NCBI GenBank assembly: GCA_002633005.1
Contig: NMRA01000367.1
Coordinates: 43,818 to 107,352 of the forward strand
DNA: 63,535 nt
Origin: Phoronis australis
Lineage: Eukaryota > Animalia > Phoronida
Direction: 5' to 3'
Positions 35,787 to 50,210 of the stretch are shown in pieces (within the stretch, counting starts at the first letter, position 1; every line of letters begins with the position of its first letter). The position numbers and the translations under genes are program-made. The notes under the pieces were generated by a model. It was not told the DNA's origin, did no database searches, and saw only the letters and a program-made list of their open reading frames with translations.

Positions 35787-36620
35787 AGGGGAATGCCAAA
35801 CAAAATACAACATATTTTGTATCAATATAGATCGAGTAGTTCCACTCGATAACAGAAAGTTCAGTTTTTATACCTGAAACCTGACGGCAGACAGAAGTGT
35901 TGAAATTATCCATTGACGTAATCGGTTCGAATGCAGCCGTTCACAACACGCTTACTGGTGTCAACTTATCGCTTGAATACATCGTTTTACAGCAATAAAT
36001 CGTCAAATTTTGATGTAAAACCCTTACAAATACATCGAGTTCTTGAACAAACGTTTTGTTTTATTTTACTGTTTCGGATTTATAGGTATTTCAACGTACT
36101 GCAGGTTCGGTAGACCAATTTATCATGGTCGATAGCGGCAGTTTGTTTTTTTTTTGGTGATAAAGTCGAATCATTCTTCCGTGATATACATGCATTTCAA
36201 ATAACTGTGGGTTGTACTTTTAGACTGGCGTTTTTTTCAGTGGTTCTACCACACAAAACGCTTGTTATCCCAGCCAGCGCCTCGTATCCCTGGTGATCAG
36301 GCCCGTCGCGGCCCGCGTGACTGGACATCACGAGCATAAACCAGCTTCAGTTAGTAACTAAACCTGCAGTGACGAAAAGACTATACTAGTGAGAAAAAAG
36401 AAATAATGTGCACTTAATTATTTTGGTGAATTAGCCAGGAAACTGCAAAACTACTTACTTGTTCGGGGCCTCGAAGTCAACTTGCCCTTCTATAGAACCT
36501 GCGTCAGGGCAAATGCTGTACACGAACAATGATGTGTATAATGTATTTTTATATCTAAGTAAAGATTCCAGTAACATGTGACCATCGCAGTTGAGTTATT
36601 GTTTCACCACAGCATTCTGT
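35787..36620. mobile_element. Truncated second copy of the Kolobok-like end at 24250-25100
   Basis: Co-linear similarity (gtatcaat.tagatcgagtagtt, gttgaaattatcca.tgacgt.atcggtt, gatcaggcccgtcgcggcc). Confidence 0.8.
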
Positions 36621-38160
36621 CACGTTGGCGTTTTCGAATGTTCGCAAATGTACTTTAAGCATTGTGTACAAATTTGTTCATTTCGCTTTTCTACACGAAT
36701 ACGACCAATACGGTGTTTACAAGAAGTCCTCTTTTAAGGGCATTTTCAAAAATTAATATGTGTTTCGTTGATGCATTCAGTCAGTGCCCATGTCTTACAT
36801 GAAATGTAGTCGTCGGCAGAAAAGGCATCTGCGAAAAGAAATACATGTAAAGCGTTTTTAAAACTTTCAGAGTCGTGTGGTGTCAGGGCCCTACATTAAT
36901 CAACCGAGGCCAAGTACATAGCACGTCTGAAATTTTTAAATAAACAACGTTTACGGCATGCCGAATACAGGGTCACTGTCTTGGAGCACGTTCTTAAGCA
37001 TACGTGTACGTGTATCGTAATATCGGTTGAACTATGTGTAATGACTCTGAATTGCATGTACGCGTGCAGTAAGTCATTCGCATTTCTGATCAAAATTCTC
37101 CCCCTGCTTTGAAAACAAACAATCATTTTCATAATTTTCGGAAAGAAAGTGAACTAAGACGATAGCAAAAACACTACATATGATAGTCCAGATTCTACAT
37201 TTAAAGAACGCTCTTGTCAGAAAGGAACTCTCAACAGGAGATGTTTGTAGTGACAAGTAAATAAGTATAACTTTTATTTGCCCTGAATACGTACTATTTG
37301 CATAATCCTTACAACACAGACAATTAAATTAAACTCTTAAATTTAACTTAACTTTAAACCTTTAATCACAGCCTCCCGAAATTATCCTGCACATCAACAA
37401 AACCTATTATTACCGATTGACTTGCCTTTTTACACTTCATGGTAATTGCATGAAGGCAATTTTTCCAGAGAATTAAAATCTTCCACAGAACCACCATATT
37501 TTCAGTCTCAATCTGTTTATCCAACTTACATTGGGAACTGGACCAGTCTTCAAAAGTTGACATGGATCAGCTGACACGGAACGTGTTGTTCCATTGTGTA
37601 AAGGGGACTGACACGAGCAAACTGACACCGCGTTGACAATTTTTGCCACCCGTACACCGAACATCGCGAAACTGGGGCAAGGCGGAAAGATAATCCCTAC
37701 TGCGCTTGCCAACAGATGACCTACGTACGGGTTCTTTGTCTCTGCAACTCTCGTCATTTGTAAACCTGCACATGTGTGATCCAGGCTCTCCAGTCTGCAA
37801 TTTCCGTCTTGCCACAGTTAGTTTGTTTTGTGTGTAAATGGCCGCTAGACACGGGTCAATTTGCTTCGCGTCAGTTGAGCCGGGCCAAACGATGATGTCT
37901 AAACGGGACTTAGTGTTCATTAGAAGAAACACGTCCTATACATGTATACTGCACGCATTAATTCTAGATAATGGCACCTAGAAGATCCTGTCAACAGTTT
38001 GTCTCCTTGTGCCATTACGCGCGACTTGTTGATGTTTATCTCCGATTCTTCCCTATCTTGAGAAGTATTTCAGTTGTAGCCTCGAAAATAAAGCATCAAA
38101 ACACCGACAATAGCCTTCGCGCCGTATAATTCAGAAGACTTGAACTATTGTCATCAATTT

Positions 38161-38314
38161 CACGGGTGAGAAACAACATGACTGCCGGTCCTCCAAATCG
38201 GACCGGCTCACCCAAAAAAGGACCTCCGGGAATCAAATGGGACCACAGCACCAGAAAATGGGACTGACACCCCTAAAAACATGACTGCCCCACCGGGGAC
38301 TGAACATGACCTCC
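38161..38314 (+). repeat. Left TIR of element B
   Basis: Imperfect inverted match to 50211-50383; GGACC/GACT motif recurring about every 20-22 bp. Confidence 0.85.
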
Positions 38315-38693
38315 AGACAAAATATTATTATCAATGGTTGTGGGTCATACTGGTTACGACGATAGTTTACCCGAGAACAAGTTATCCTCGATCGCATTTT
38401 TGACTTGACTAAAACGTTACATTAAAAAACTGAAATTAATTTGTTTTACAACTGACTCAGTGGATAAAATTATGTTTATACAGACAAAAATGCGCAACAT
38501 GCTTGGTTTTAAGTTAGATTTATTAAATCTAAATGTTGTTATGGTCTTTGGGCCAGAGGGTAGCGGCGCGCCATTTTCATCGAAAAAAAATAGTTTGCTT
38601 AATTTTTTACTATGTCCGTTGTTTTATAACGCCTGAACTGTTGAATGCTATTGCCCGAGGGAGGCTCGTAGTAGGGGAAGCAAAGGGCATCAA

Positions 38694-41600
38694 TTGTTTT
38701 CACCCATTTTGCCGCTAGTTCAACACGTTCCAGTGAAGTTTCCGTCGTCAACGCCAGCATCAAAGCGGACTCTATTCAACGAGCCATCTGAATCCTATGC
38801 CGATAAGTCCCACTCGCATTCATTGCTGGGCTTTGGAATATGTGAACGCTGCGGTCATCAGCAGCAAGGTCGGGCTGATCAATCGAACTCCAGTCACTCT
38901 CATTCCATGTTAGTGGGAATCTGTGACCGTTGTGGACTCACGGCAGAACCAGAAGATGAGTCGAGTAATTCCAGGACCATGACCATAGCCTCAGGCATAG
39001 GTCACAACGTCAGAGTTCACTGCAGTCATTCAGAAACTCCTGACTGGGAGCTGTGTTTCACATGCGGGTCAAGAAATACAGATCAACCTGAGTGAGTTTG
39101 CTCCGCATATTTTGTTCTAGCAGTGCTTGTGCTAATGTTTTTGAATTGATTCGGACCAACTACAGTACTTAAAAATATAAATTTATACTTACTTTTCTCC
39201 ATTTTAATGACATTAAAATTCATTACCTTATTCTGTTATGACGCCCTTATTTACTGAAATTTGAAATATATATTTTAAATTTATTTTAATATCAGATCAT
39301 TTTGTTAATTTCTTTATAGTTTTATTGATTCTGAATAAATTATACCACTCCACCGTGATGAGTATGGAAGACCTCCATGGTCTCCAGCACCTGTCCTGTC
39401 TCAAGTGGAGAATGGGTAATTAAGTCACATGCAGAGAATTTAACTCTAAGTGCATTCAATCAAGCTAGTAAACATCATCTAACCTAAAGGATGGTTTTAT
39501 GGCCAATGACTTTGTATATTTGAGTAAACGTGATTGTTTCACATAGCGACCGAATGCAGTACATCAGGTGAGTTCATGGTTAAAGACACTGTACATGTAT
39601 TTGTAAGGCAATGTGCACCTTGTCGCAATTTGATGTGTAATCACACAATTGACTGATGTTAAAACATTTACAAAAGGTAATGAGCCAAGACTTAAAGAAT
39701 TATGGTCATTACTATTTAAGTTAGCGTGTGCAATAAATTACAATTAAATTGAACTGTGTACTTGATTAATTTCAAATCATTTATTTGTTTTTATTTCATA
39801 ACATTGAGCATGACACCTTTCCCTCTCAAGGAATGAATGCACGTGGGAACAATGGGAACATGACCTTTGACTTGTAAGTAACTGATAAAAGTATTAAGAG
39901 TTACTGAAGAACACATACTATCCTGGTATAATGTTCATTAGATTTGTTTAATTCGTTTAATTCGTGTTGTTTCTCGTTAAAATAGTTAAGAACATATTTT
40001 GGTGATTTTAAATGCTCATTGTCTTGTAAAACCATAATTATCTTTCATCAAATTCAATGTTGTTTAAAGTGCAATATTCCATATTTCACATTAGATTTGC
40101 CAAATCTTTGCGTTACTTTTGATTTCTAAGTTGCACGATTCATTTACAGAGATGGTGAAGATGATCATGTACACTTGAAGATCTGTGAGCCGTTGACTCG
40201 TGTACTTCAGTTTAGCAGTGCACCACAACTAGTTGTCCAAGTCCTGTTGGCACTGGATTCTGGAAATCTCGATACATCATGCCTCACGAATAACATCATC
40301 CTTGAGACTGTTCTGCAACTGAATCTGGACTCTCTGTGGAACATGCGCTATATGAAGTTGTTTCAGCTCAAATTTGGAAGCGCACCCTTGCGGGTTTTGG
40401 CTGGGTGGAAGTGTTTTGGACAGTTAAGCCAATATGATGCCAACAGTAGTATTGATCCATCATTGATGGATGCTATCATAGCTGTTCCAGATCCTCGTTC
40501 CTTGGAAGATCACATTCCAGATCAGAACTGGCCTGATAAGCCGACTCGTGGTTATTGCAAGGAAGTGGCAAAAATTGTTTCCAAGTCAGCAGCAGGTACT
40601 AGCCTCTGTCTGGCGTTTGACGCAAAAAAGTTGCCCCCGGGAATAAAAGGAGACCGTGAGGACATCAGTCTTATAGGCCACGATACATGAAAGACATTGC
40701 TACAAACAAAAGAAGACCACGCTGAAGAACTTGCCCTAGCTTAATCAGCCAGGTCAAACTATAGCTCTGCCAGTGGCTGACATCATCCAAATGTTATCGA
40801 TACGACGGTTGCAGTTACTGGAAACACTACAGAAAAAGAAATATGCGGTAGAAAAGTTAAGAAAAGATGGTGGCCCTGATTACCGACAGTCAAAGTATTC
40901 CTTTGTGATTAGCCTGCTATTGGCAACTGTGGTCGAATTCCAGGAGGCCCCTGTGACCAACATGTCTGTTATTGATAATATGACAACTACCCTGTCATCT
41001 CAGTCAGTCAGATTGGTGGAATTTCATGACATCGATGCATTACAGTGTTCATCTGCACCTGAAGACATTGCCTTAGCACGCCACATTGAACGGAAGGGCC
41101 TCCCATTTGTGAAGCAAAGAAGTGCTGCGTGGTTTGATGTTAGAAAGGGTCATGTGACAGGAAGCCGGTTGTATGAAGCCGTGGGGGAGACACGTTATTG
41201 AATCAGAAGGCTTACTTCGATAATGTGATGAATGGTGACCATGAGACTGCAGCTACTCCAGAGGTTCGGGCTGCGATGAAACATGGGACGAGGCACAAGG
41301 GCTGTGCAACAGCAACTGTTTGCTCCAAGTTTCTCCCTTTATTTCATCACACGTCAATCTTCAAGGAAGTTGGTTGTTTTCCTATCGAATATAACAACTT
41401 CAGAGTTATCATATCACCGGACGGCTATGTGATAGATGAGAGTACCGGGTACACTGCAGCAGTGGAAAATAAGTGCCTACACTTTACACTGCAACCACAC
41501 CGGCACTTACCACCTCGCTATTACCTTAAATTCAAGGAGAAATGGTTGCATTGAACACTAGCAGCTGTCTTATCATTTGGTGTGGAAACGTGCAACGTTT

Positions 41601-44600
41601 TTGAAGTGAAATATGATGATGAAGTTTGAGAAATGGCAGTTGCAGAAGTCTTCACAATATTCAACCCAGACAGCCCTCGTCGCCCTGTATCACGATCTCC
41701 ATCATCAAAAGCTCTTAAGGCTATTAAATTGAACTGCAAAGTGAACTGCACCTTAATTGCTTGTGTCAAGTCATTTCATGTCTGTGGTATGCACGACCAG
41801 GAACCTACATCTATACAAGTTTATCCTTCTCTGAATGATATTTAGGAAAAAGCGAAACACACATGAAGAAAGTGTATCAGCTGTTGAGACAAAATGCTAC
41901 AGAGATGGTGGCGTTTGTGTTTTCCGATCTCGACCGAATAAATAGCGAAAATCGTGTTCTATGTGTGCCTGTGTGTTATTTTTAAAGGATTACAGTCTGC
42001 CAAACAGTATCATGCGTAGCATCCTAGTAGACTTACTAAACAAGTTGTGGAAGGATAGCCACTGACGATATTGAAACTACATACAGTAAGGATTGTTGGT
42101 TTGAAGTCCGTCAAACGTCAAAGAGTGTCATAATCAAAGCTTTCAGAGAAGCTGGAGCAGCTAGATATGCTTTTTCAAGACAAGGCAGTTGCTTGGTGGT
42201 TGAGTTGAAGCCTGGGGAATTGCTGCCATGATGACCAAAGAATGTGAAACATGAACTAACTCAGGAGGCACATGTATTTGTTGAGGACACGAACATGGCT
42301 GCAGGAGATTTAATGGCAAGGGCAGAAGATGCTGAGACAGATTTAAACTCAGTTGAAACAGTGGCCAACGATGAAAATACAGCAACCATATGTGCAGAAA
42401 ATGCCACAGAGGCCATTGTTTCGGTCCAATTGCATCAGTTCTGAGAAAAAAAGCATACCAGGTTCGAGGGTTACTCTCAACTAGCTTTGGAGGCGTTGTT
42501 TATAGACATGAGTATGCTCCAAAAATTTACTATTCCTGAACTGTTACAGTTATCACGGCTTTGGAATTAAGACTGCCACGAACACGGTTAAAGTGCGATT
42601 TAGTTAATGCAGTAGCATTATATAGGAGAGTTATAGCATTATAAGAGAGTTTGTGCCACGGAAACGAAGAAACCCAACGTCAATAGCCCTGCTTTGTCAA
42701 AAAGCCACTTCCAAGCTACCGAAAGTTGAGCTGAGTGCTGCCTACTGTGAGTGGGTGTTCCCATCAAAAGTAAGAGAATGGCAGAGTTCTTTGCCATTTA
42801 ACGTGCACATGACAATTCCTGGCTTAGAAGATTTCCAGTTACAGGGGTTTTACTCACATGAGTTCAGTGAGTCGAGACAACGAGCTGAAATTCGACGAAT
42901 TGATACCCCACACCTGCTTACAAGGCATAGGTCAGCAATAAATAGAGGAAACCTGGGGTCAGCTAGGAAAGGTGACTTCGTGAAAGTTGCAACTGAAATG
43001 AGAACTCCGTTGAAGATATGAATGATAGAAGACAACTTGAGTATACAGTCTACGGATTTCGCACAAATCACATTTTCGAAGGACGTTGAGAAGGAGTTGA
43101 CGCGTTTGGGTTGACTTTGTAGTGCAGACTTGTGTAAACAAGTTTGTAAGCACCTAGTTTAGCCTTCTTGGCATGATTACCTATGGCATAGGCTTAAAAA
43201 AAGCAATGTGGGATAGAAACTACTTTTTAAGTGTAAACTTAAGTTGGGAACTGTTTTCCTTCTGAACTGCGTTGCCCGAGATTTGATTGTTGATAACCTC
43301 ACAAAACTTGCATTAGACAGCTGTAGCCTTAAGAAATTATTTCAAATTATATATTTATTTGTTGCCCTTAGGTTTGTGAGTGGTTTCAAGCGTGCGATGA
43401 ACCTGGTATCCCAGCTTTATCTCGCTGTAGATTGAAACTTGAGTGAGTAGTATGTTTTTTCTCTTCTTTTTGCTTTTGCTTGAACTGGATACATTCAACA
43501 AGTTCCAGAACCAATCTTTCTGATTGCGAACACTAATTTTGTGTTAAGGTAACTAGAAACTTGAAATGCAGGTTTTTGCAGCACACCAGAGTAATTTATG
43601 TTATTGTGGATTCATTATAGTTCATCAGAACACTTGGAGTTGAGATAATATTTCTGTTGTAGCTTCCGCAAAGTATTAAATGAAAACTGTCATTAATTAA
43701 AATGATTAGTACATTGTATATATCGTTAAAAATAACAAAACTGAAACAATTTCTCAGGCCGTTTAAGACAATTTTATGAGCTATCAACATGACTTGATGT
43801 ACACAGGCATCTAAGGAAATTGATGAGCTTGGTGGATTTGACGTCATTCCAACCAACTGGTTCACACATATGTGGTTATCTTAAGGTTCTATGGGAGGCA
43901 ACAGTTGCTGTTATTGATGCTGACATTCAGCTATATGCCCTGGCCAAAAGGAGGACTGACAGCCAGAGATCTCTGGGCAGTCAGCCATGTGAGGGACTAT
44001 TCTCAAGTCTTGCAACTATGCCATCATTACATAATGGAACTCCAAGCTGTGTTGCTCAACAGACCGATCTTTGGAAAGTCTTGGGCGAAGGCATGGTCAG
44101 ACTAGATTCATCAAGGTATATGCCTTTAAAGGCGAAGGAAACCTTTTTTCATGTCATTTTTAGCAAAAATATGGTTCGTTTATTATCCTAGACATATTTT
44201 ACACTTATTTACGGCTCTTCGTAATTTAATTAATCACTCGTCGTCTACTGCGGAAGTGACGTATTGGGAGGCAAGAATTTCGCGCCAATTTCTTTTCATA
44301 TAGTCTGACTGTTAGAGCAGTCGAGTCAGTCATTGTTCTACCTCAGTTGTGATAAGTTCAATCGTCGTTTGCTTTTGCTTACGAGTCAGTCAACATGCTA
44401 CGCTGTTGCTGCGTACTGGAGTGTACTCACGTACAGAGGAAGAACTGTCCCACTTGCCCGACTGTCCCGCGACACACTCCCAATGGAGGGTGATCTGAGC
44501 ACCCAAACTGCTTACATACCGCCGTGTGACTCCCGCGCCACACACCTGGCACCTTCCAAGTAGCTCCAATACACCTCCACAATAAACTTATCAAACTTAG

Positions 44601-46275
44601 GCTCACCGATCTGTTCATTGGATGACGAACTGTCCTCTTCACCGAACTGGGCCTGTATTCACTTCCACTACTCAACATCGCTGCAGGGCTCTTTACAGGC
44701 TCTAGGCTAGAGACAACAGCATAGGGCGAATCACTGCTAGTTCCCGGAATTGCACGCAATGGGGTACGTTCGGAGGCACGGGTAACGGTAGATGAAGTGC
44801 CTCCAGTCACTGTATATTGTGGCCACAGCTCGCGAGACTTCTTGCTTCAAAAACGCACTTCTCGGGGTTGGCGACCGGGCACTGCCGGAAATATACAGCG
44901 ACGGTATGTTACCCTTCTTAAGGCGTTGTTTCGCAGGGCCCTTCATCAATTCCGCGTACATATCTCTGTCGTAATCTGACGGCAGAAAATGCTTGCCACA
45001 CTCGGTAACCCTCCATTGCTTTGTACGTTGCGTGGACGGGTTGCTCTGCGTTCTTCACATGAACGAGCTAGCCAAGTAAGGCGAAGTGTGTCATCCTTCG
45101 GAAAGCGACGCAAGGTACCCAAAGCGCGTGTGAGACGATAATGAGTACATCCCAGCACGCAGCAACAGCGTGGCATGTCGACTGTTGACTGTCTTATAAA
45201 CAAAAAAACGACTACCGAGGTAGAACAATGACTGACTCGACAGCTCTCACAGTCAGACTATAATGAAAAGAAATTGGCGCGAAACTCTTGCCTCCCAAAA
45301 CGTCACTTCCGGAGTAGAGGACGAGAAATTAATCAAATTAGAAAAAGCTGTAATTAAGTGAAAAATGTGTCTGGGATAATCAACAAACCTTTTTTGCTAA
45401 AAGTGACATGAAAAAAGGTTGCCTTCGCCTTTAAAAACATAACCATGTTCATGTCTCACATACTTCCAATATTAGGCCTTTATATGTTTTGCAAAGATCG
45501 CTATTTAATGTAAGGCTATAACAATTTGTAATATATTTGTTCCATTTTGTAGCCCCAAAAATTGTTCATGAATAAAGAAATAGGGAACAATTACATTCAT
45601 ATTACCTGTAATTATTAATATCGTTTGCAGAGATTTTTCCACTGCGATTATCTATAGCTCCAGTCTATCCAGAAAAGGTGCTTGCAGGAGATGCTGGTGT
45701 GTTACCTCTACCCCAAGCAGCTCCCACCTTCATAGATACCATCAGTATTAAGGTGTATTAGACCATTCCGTGCTACCTCATTCTTGTATAGATGAAATTT
45801 GTTATCTTACGTGATTATCTTGCTGCCATGACTGGATTTGTTTTATGCTGAATTGCTATTTGGATTATTGTGTTATTTAATTACCGCACCCATTCGGGTT
45901 AAGTTCAGGACTTTAACTCGATCAACTCAAAATCAGGGGTTGGATTTTAAACTAAACGCAATGAAACATGGGGCTTAAAAGAAGTTTGTTAAGTTTTGGG
46001 GTGGCACTTATCCAAGCCTTGGCGGTAAACCCAAATATAGGGAAACGATAAAATGATTTTGTTTTGTATTTTGGCATTTTCAGAACCGTTTGTTTGACAG
46101 TAAACACAGAAAGAGGAGGAAATCCAGAAGACCCACTGGCATTTCGAGTTTGCATGAGCCATCAAAAGGAGTCACTGGTGTAAGGTTCCATCATAAAATT
46201 AATGAAGGTGCAATGAATCCTTTGGTGAGGCTTGGTATTTCGACACGCAAATCTCTGGAAAGCTTAATTGGGTGA
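38694..46275 (+). pseudogene. Degenerate spliced P-like transposase with YqaJ domain (element B)
   Basis: Exon 1 to ~39091, large exon ~40150-43140 (CLAFDAKK, KQRSAAW, ISPDG, VENKC, IDTPHLLTRHR), then 43372-43442, 43807-44115 (SQPCEGLFSSL), 45632-45752, 46084-46275; many stops. Confidence 0.8.
44130..45430 (-). mobile_element. Kolobok-like THAP element with ~220-bp TIRs and TTAA TSD, in an intron of the element B transposase
   Basis: TTAA|aggcgaagg.aacc ... ggttgccttcgcct|TTAA; frameshifted THAP (MPRCCCVLGC..RFPKD..W / KHFLPSDY..RLKKGNIPSL) at ~44740-45177. Confidence 0.85.
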
Positions 46276-47339
46276 TTTACTTATCCACATTTTGAGTTTA
46301 CGGAACATGATTTTTCAGACTGCCTTCTTATAAGGAAGAGTGTACGTGGATGCTTGCATAGGCTATGAATCTCAAGTTTCAGTTTTTTGCTGTGTTCCAC
46401 ACCCTGTGCTGTACTCTCTTCTTAAGGAATGCACATTAAGAGAATCAAAATTAAACATTCGTGAGGTGACATGGGAGAAGCAGTAAATGACACTGATTTT
46501 TTGTTCAACACTATCATGACATCAAAGGCCTACATGAGACAACTGTCTCTAATTCGTCCTCCATAAAAGCACGTTTTGTACTTTCATGAAATTATCGTTA
46601 AGTCTTAATAGTTTCCAAGTGACTGAGCTGGTTTTAGAACTGATAGCCATGGAATACCTACATGTATGTAGCCACGAGAGTGGGGGGACACAGCATGTGT
46701 ATTGCTCGATTGAGAATCAATATGCTAATATATTTTGAAAGGTTAGCAGCAGTCTGAAAGAATTTAAAATTAAAGAGAAATTTCCTTCTTCCTCATTGAT
46801 AAAGCTTCCAGCCGTAGAAAACATTCATTTCGTTCATGATCTCCCTAGTTACATTCGATGGTAAAAATCCACTGCTTCTGTGTCAAAGAAAGTTTTGTGA
46901 CCGGTTTGATACATCAATTTTGCCAAAGCTGTTATTTTTTATGATAAGTAGCAAACAGGAAGAAGGAATGTCTCTTTAAATTAGAATTGCATTTACCTTT
47001 GAAGTGCATTTTACTACATTACTCAGTTTTGGCCGACCATAAACAATCAATGCTCAGCATTTCGCAACTCTTATCTACTATGCACTGAACTATGCTGATG
47101 AGGGTGGGGTCAAAGTAAAGTAAAACCTGGTTGAAGTAGAGCCGACAATGATGTAAAATAATGTACATGTATTAGTTGGCAACAACATTAGTGTTGCCTC
47201 GATTGAATCATTCCAGTCGGTCTTTGAAAATAAAAGTCATATGTGTGATGTTATTTTTGAAAGGTTGTCATTTTACATAGCATTGTGATAGTATGATTAA
47301 GTTTCCTTTTTATGAATAAAGCACAGCTTCAGTTTCATG

Positions 47340-47660
47340 CCTCGTCTGCTTTGAATTCATGCATACTGTGCGTCCGCAGTTTTTCTTCTCGCACTAATTG
47401 CACTGGTATGTAGTGGGTGAGTGCACCTCACTGTGTCGCTGCAACCCACTCTGTGGCGCAAAAGTACGCCGGCATACCTTGCAAGGTATTTTTTGGCCCG
47501 TGGCTTCCGCTTTCATGATCTTCACGTTCCGCTTTGCTTTAGAAGTGCCGGTGACACAGTTGGCACCGAAATGGCAACTTTCCCTCGTGTTCGTGAACGT
47601 GACGGTCCAATGCGCTGCGGTGTGTGAACTCCTTAACACAAACTGAGCAACGATGACTTT
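47340..47660 (-). pseudogene. Degenerate C2H2 zinc-finger exon of element B
   Basis: Phase-1 acceptor then CSVCVKEFTHRSALDRHVHEH, CQLCHRHF*..EDHESGSH, CKVCRRTF..GLQRHSEVHSPTTYQC; candidate upstream exons near 48140-48225 and 50083-50160. Confidence 0.8.
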
Positions 47661-48524
47661 CTGAAAATAAAAAAGACCCAAGTAAGCACAGAACAGGAAA
47701 AAATGAAGCAAATCTCAAAGATTGACTACAGAGCTGTCGGATCTGAGGTTTCCAAATTCACACTTTTTTATACAACTTACATATTGTGTCAGATCAAATA
47801 CAGTAGATTTCAAGATTGCTTACTAAGAGTGATTTTTCCTCATCGGAAACAGTTACGATACATGTACATTAAACAGTGGTTATTTAGTTAGATTTAGTTA
47901 GATTTCATTTTATTCATTTCATATAAAGTAATAGGAACCTCTTAAACACAGGAATTTATGCATAAGTCAATAAATTGCAATCTGATGGAATCTGATTTAT
48001 CCAGAGTAAGTGAGATATTATCTAGAATGGATAGTGAATGGACGTGAGACAATAATGCAAAACAATTGTAAAGGTTGACTCCATGGCATCAAAACTTACA
48101 TGAAATGTGAGGTATTGGCACAACAAGTGCTTTGGCCTCAAGTTGGTGTACATAACCACCGATTCCTCACAGCATCCTTTGATACAATTCATTGATACTG
48201 ACGCTTCTTGAACAGTGAAAGATTCTGTAAAGTAACATGTCAAATTTAGGTTAACTTGCACAAATGGTAGTAGACTGCAAGCACAGAGTTGTTAACGCAG
48301 GAATAGATATTTATTATCAGTTATTAGTAGTTATCAAAGGTGTGTTGAAATATCACTTCATACAACAGCCAGGCATTGCCGACAGAGCTTAAAAATTAGA
48401 GAGGTAACTAAAATTGGTGAAATTTTCACTGCACGTTAGTAAGTTACTGGGGGGCATCATGGCCTCTTCCGCTAACCACTAAGCATGCAGAGCACGTTTG
48501 TTACTCAATTATTGCACATAAGAA

Positions 48525-49845
48525 GGAGAGAGTGGGGCACTATGAGCCAATTTTCAAATTATTGGTCTTAACATCTAAATGAACAAACTAATTTCAGAAA
48601 CTAAAACACGATAATAAACTACAATGTACCCTTATTGTATATAATAATAAAAATAATGAGAATTGAAAAAGTGCAACATGTTTTTTGGTATTTTACGCTA
48701 GTTAGTCAGATGGCTCAAAGTACCCCTACTATGGGGCACTTTGATCCAGGCATGGGGCACTTTGATAAGTATAGTCAACAAAACGCATTCAATATCTTAA
48801 AAATATATTTGGTTACTTAATGCATGTCTTTGACTTGATACATGATACTGTTTGACGAAATAAGGAATAAACTAACTACCAGTTTAACCCAGGTTTTAAT
48901 CTAAACACGAGTCACACCTAAAGTCTCCTACACCGATATACGATGTGCAGGCTTCGTGAGCCCAGTCAAGGCAGGTTTTGCACTGTATCCAATCTTCTGT
49001 AATTGGTTCCACATATTGTTCATTGCATATCAGGAAGTAGTAATTTCTGACAAGGGACATGACACCTCCTTTCCTCAAACCTTTAGTGGATCGCTTTGGC
49101 TGTGATGTCATAGATAATGTGCCCGGCCGGGTTGATTTTTGTTAGTTCTTCGACGTTCTTTATCGATCTAGTCAGCTTTTTTGAGGGCTGCTATAATGTC
49201 AGCAGCTTTGCATATCCACGTTGGCGATTTTTGATGGTGGCTGCAGCAGTGGAAAAATGCGACATCAGACGGATGTCTAATACGTCATCGAAAGAAAAAT
49301 CTCAGTGTCATACATTCCTCTTTTAGTCTCCCGTTGATATTTTCTAATCATTTTCTACACTAAAGTTTTACACAAAAAATTTTAAAACTTGTTTAAGTTT
49401 TTGCTTACACAACGATGTGACATTATCAGCTGTGGCTCAACCTGCCCCGCACACTATCGCTCATAGTGCTCCATCTTCAAATTCTGAAACAAAACAAGAG
49501 TAACTCACTATTAGGTCAACTCTCAACATTGAAATGTATTGCTGCTTATAGCCCATTTCTACACGTATTATTACAGCTACATGTATCTAGTTCCCGTGTG
49601 TCTAGCCTATCGTTTATTACAGAAGGAAAACTAGCATACCTTGAAATTTTACTGAAGTCGGCGAATTATTAACAACACGCTACAAAATCCACATTTGCGC
49701 GAAACAGAAAATGATACAAAATGGTTTCACACCTTGCCAGCAGGAGCACATGCATGTGACATCTGGTGCCAAAGTATTGGCTTATTTTAATTTGGCAAAC
49801 AAAAGGAACATAGTGCCCCATCGCTCAAAGTGCCCAACTTTCTCC
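48525..49845 (-). mobile_element. Internally deleted pogo-like (Tc1/mariner) element
   Basis: TIRs ggagagagtggggcactatgagc / gctcaaagtgcccaactttctcc|ta; N-terminal MIRKYQRETKRG (psq-HTH-like) and C-terminal PHD finger (CNEQY..EDWIQCKTCLDWAHEAC..FRCDSC). Confidence 0.75.
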
Positions 49846-50210
49846 TACACCTTGAGGAAGTCAGAACTCAGTCAGGACAATGGGCTTTAATCCAACTCGA
49901 GTAACAGCACTGTCAAGGTAAGCTAAAGGCAACTCATGCTGAATAGGTCTACGTTAACAATACGTAACAATCCCATGTGTGATTTGTCACACGCTGCCGG
50001 CGGGGTATATCTATTTGGCCTAAACCTGCATTACTACAAAACCCAGTGGTACATGGATTTCATTATCACGCAAGTACATACCTGCCTCACGCAAAATGCT
50101 TAAAACACTGGAGAAACTCGACGTCCGACTTTGTCGTTGTTGGTGACTGTGCACGTACAGAGTCTAATGCAATATGCGGACCTTGTTTCAATTGCTTATA
50201 GTGGAGAGGC

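Noticed and set aside
37473-37937. Extra host exon or THAP remnant
   Set aside because: Splice-like sites are present, but there is a stop before the donor and only faint motif similarity; not supportable
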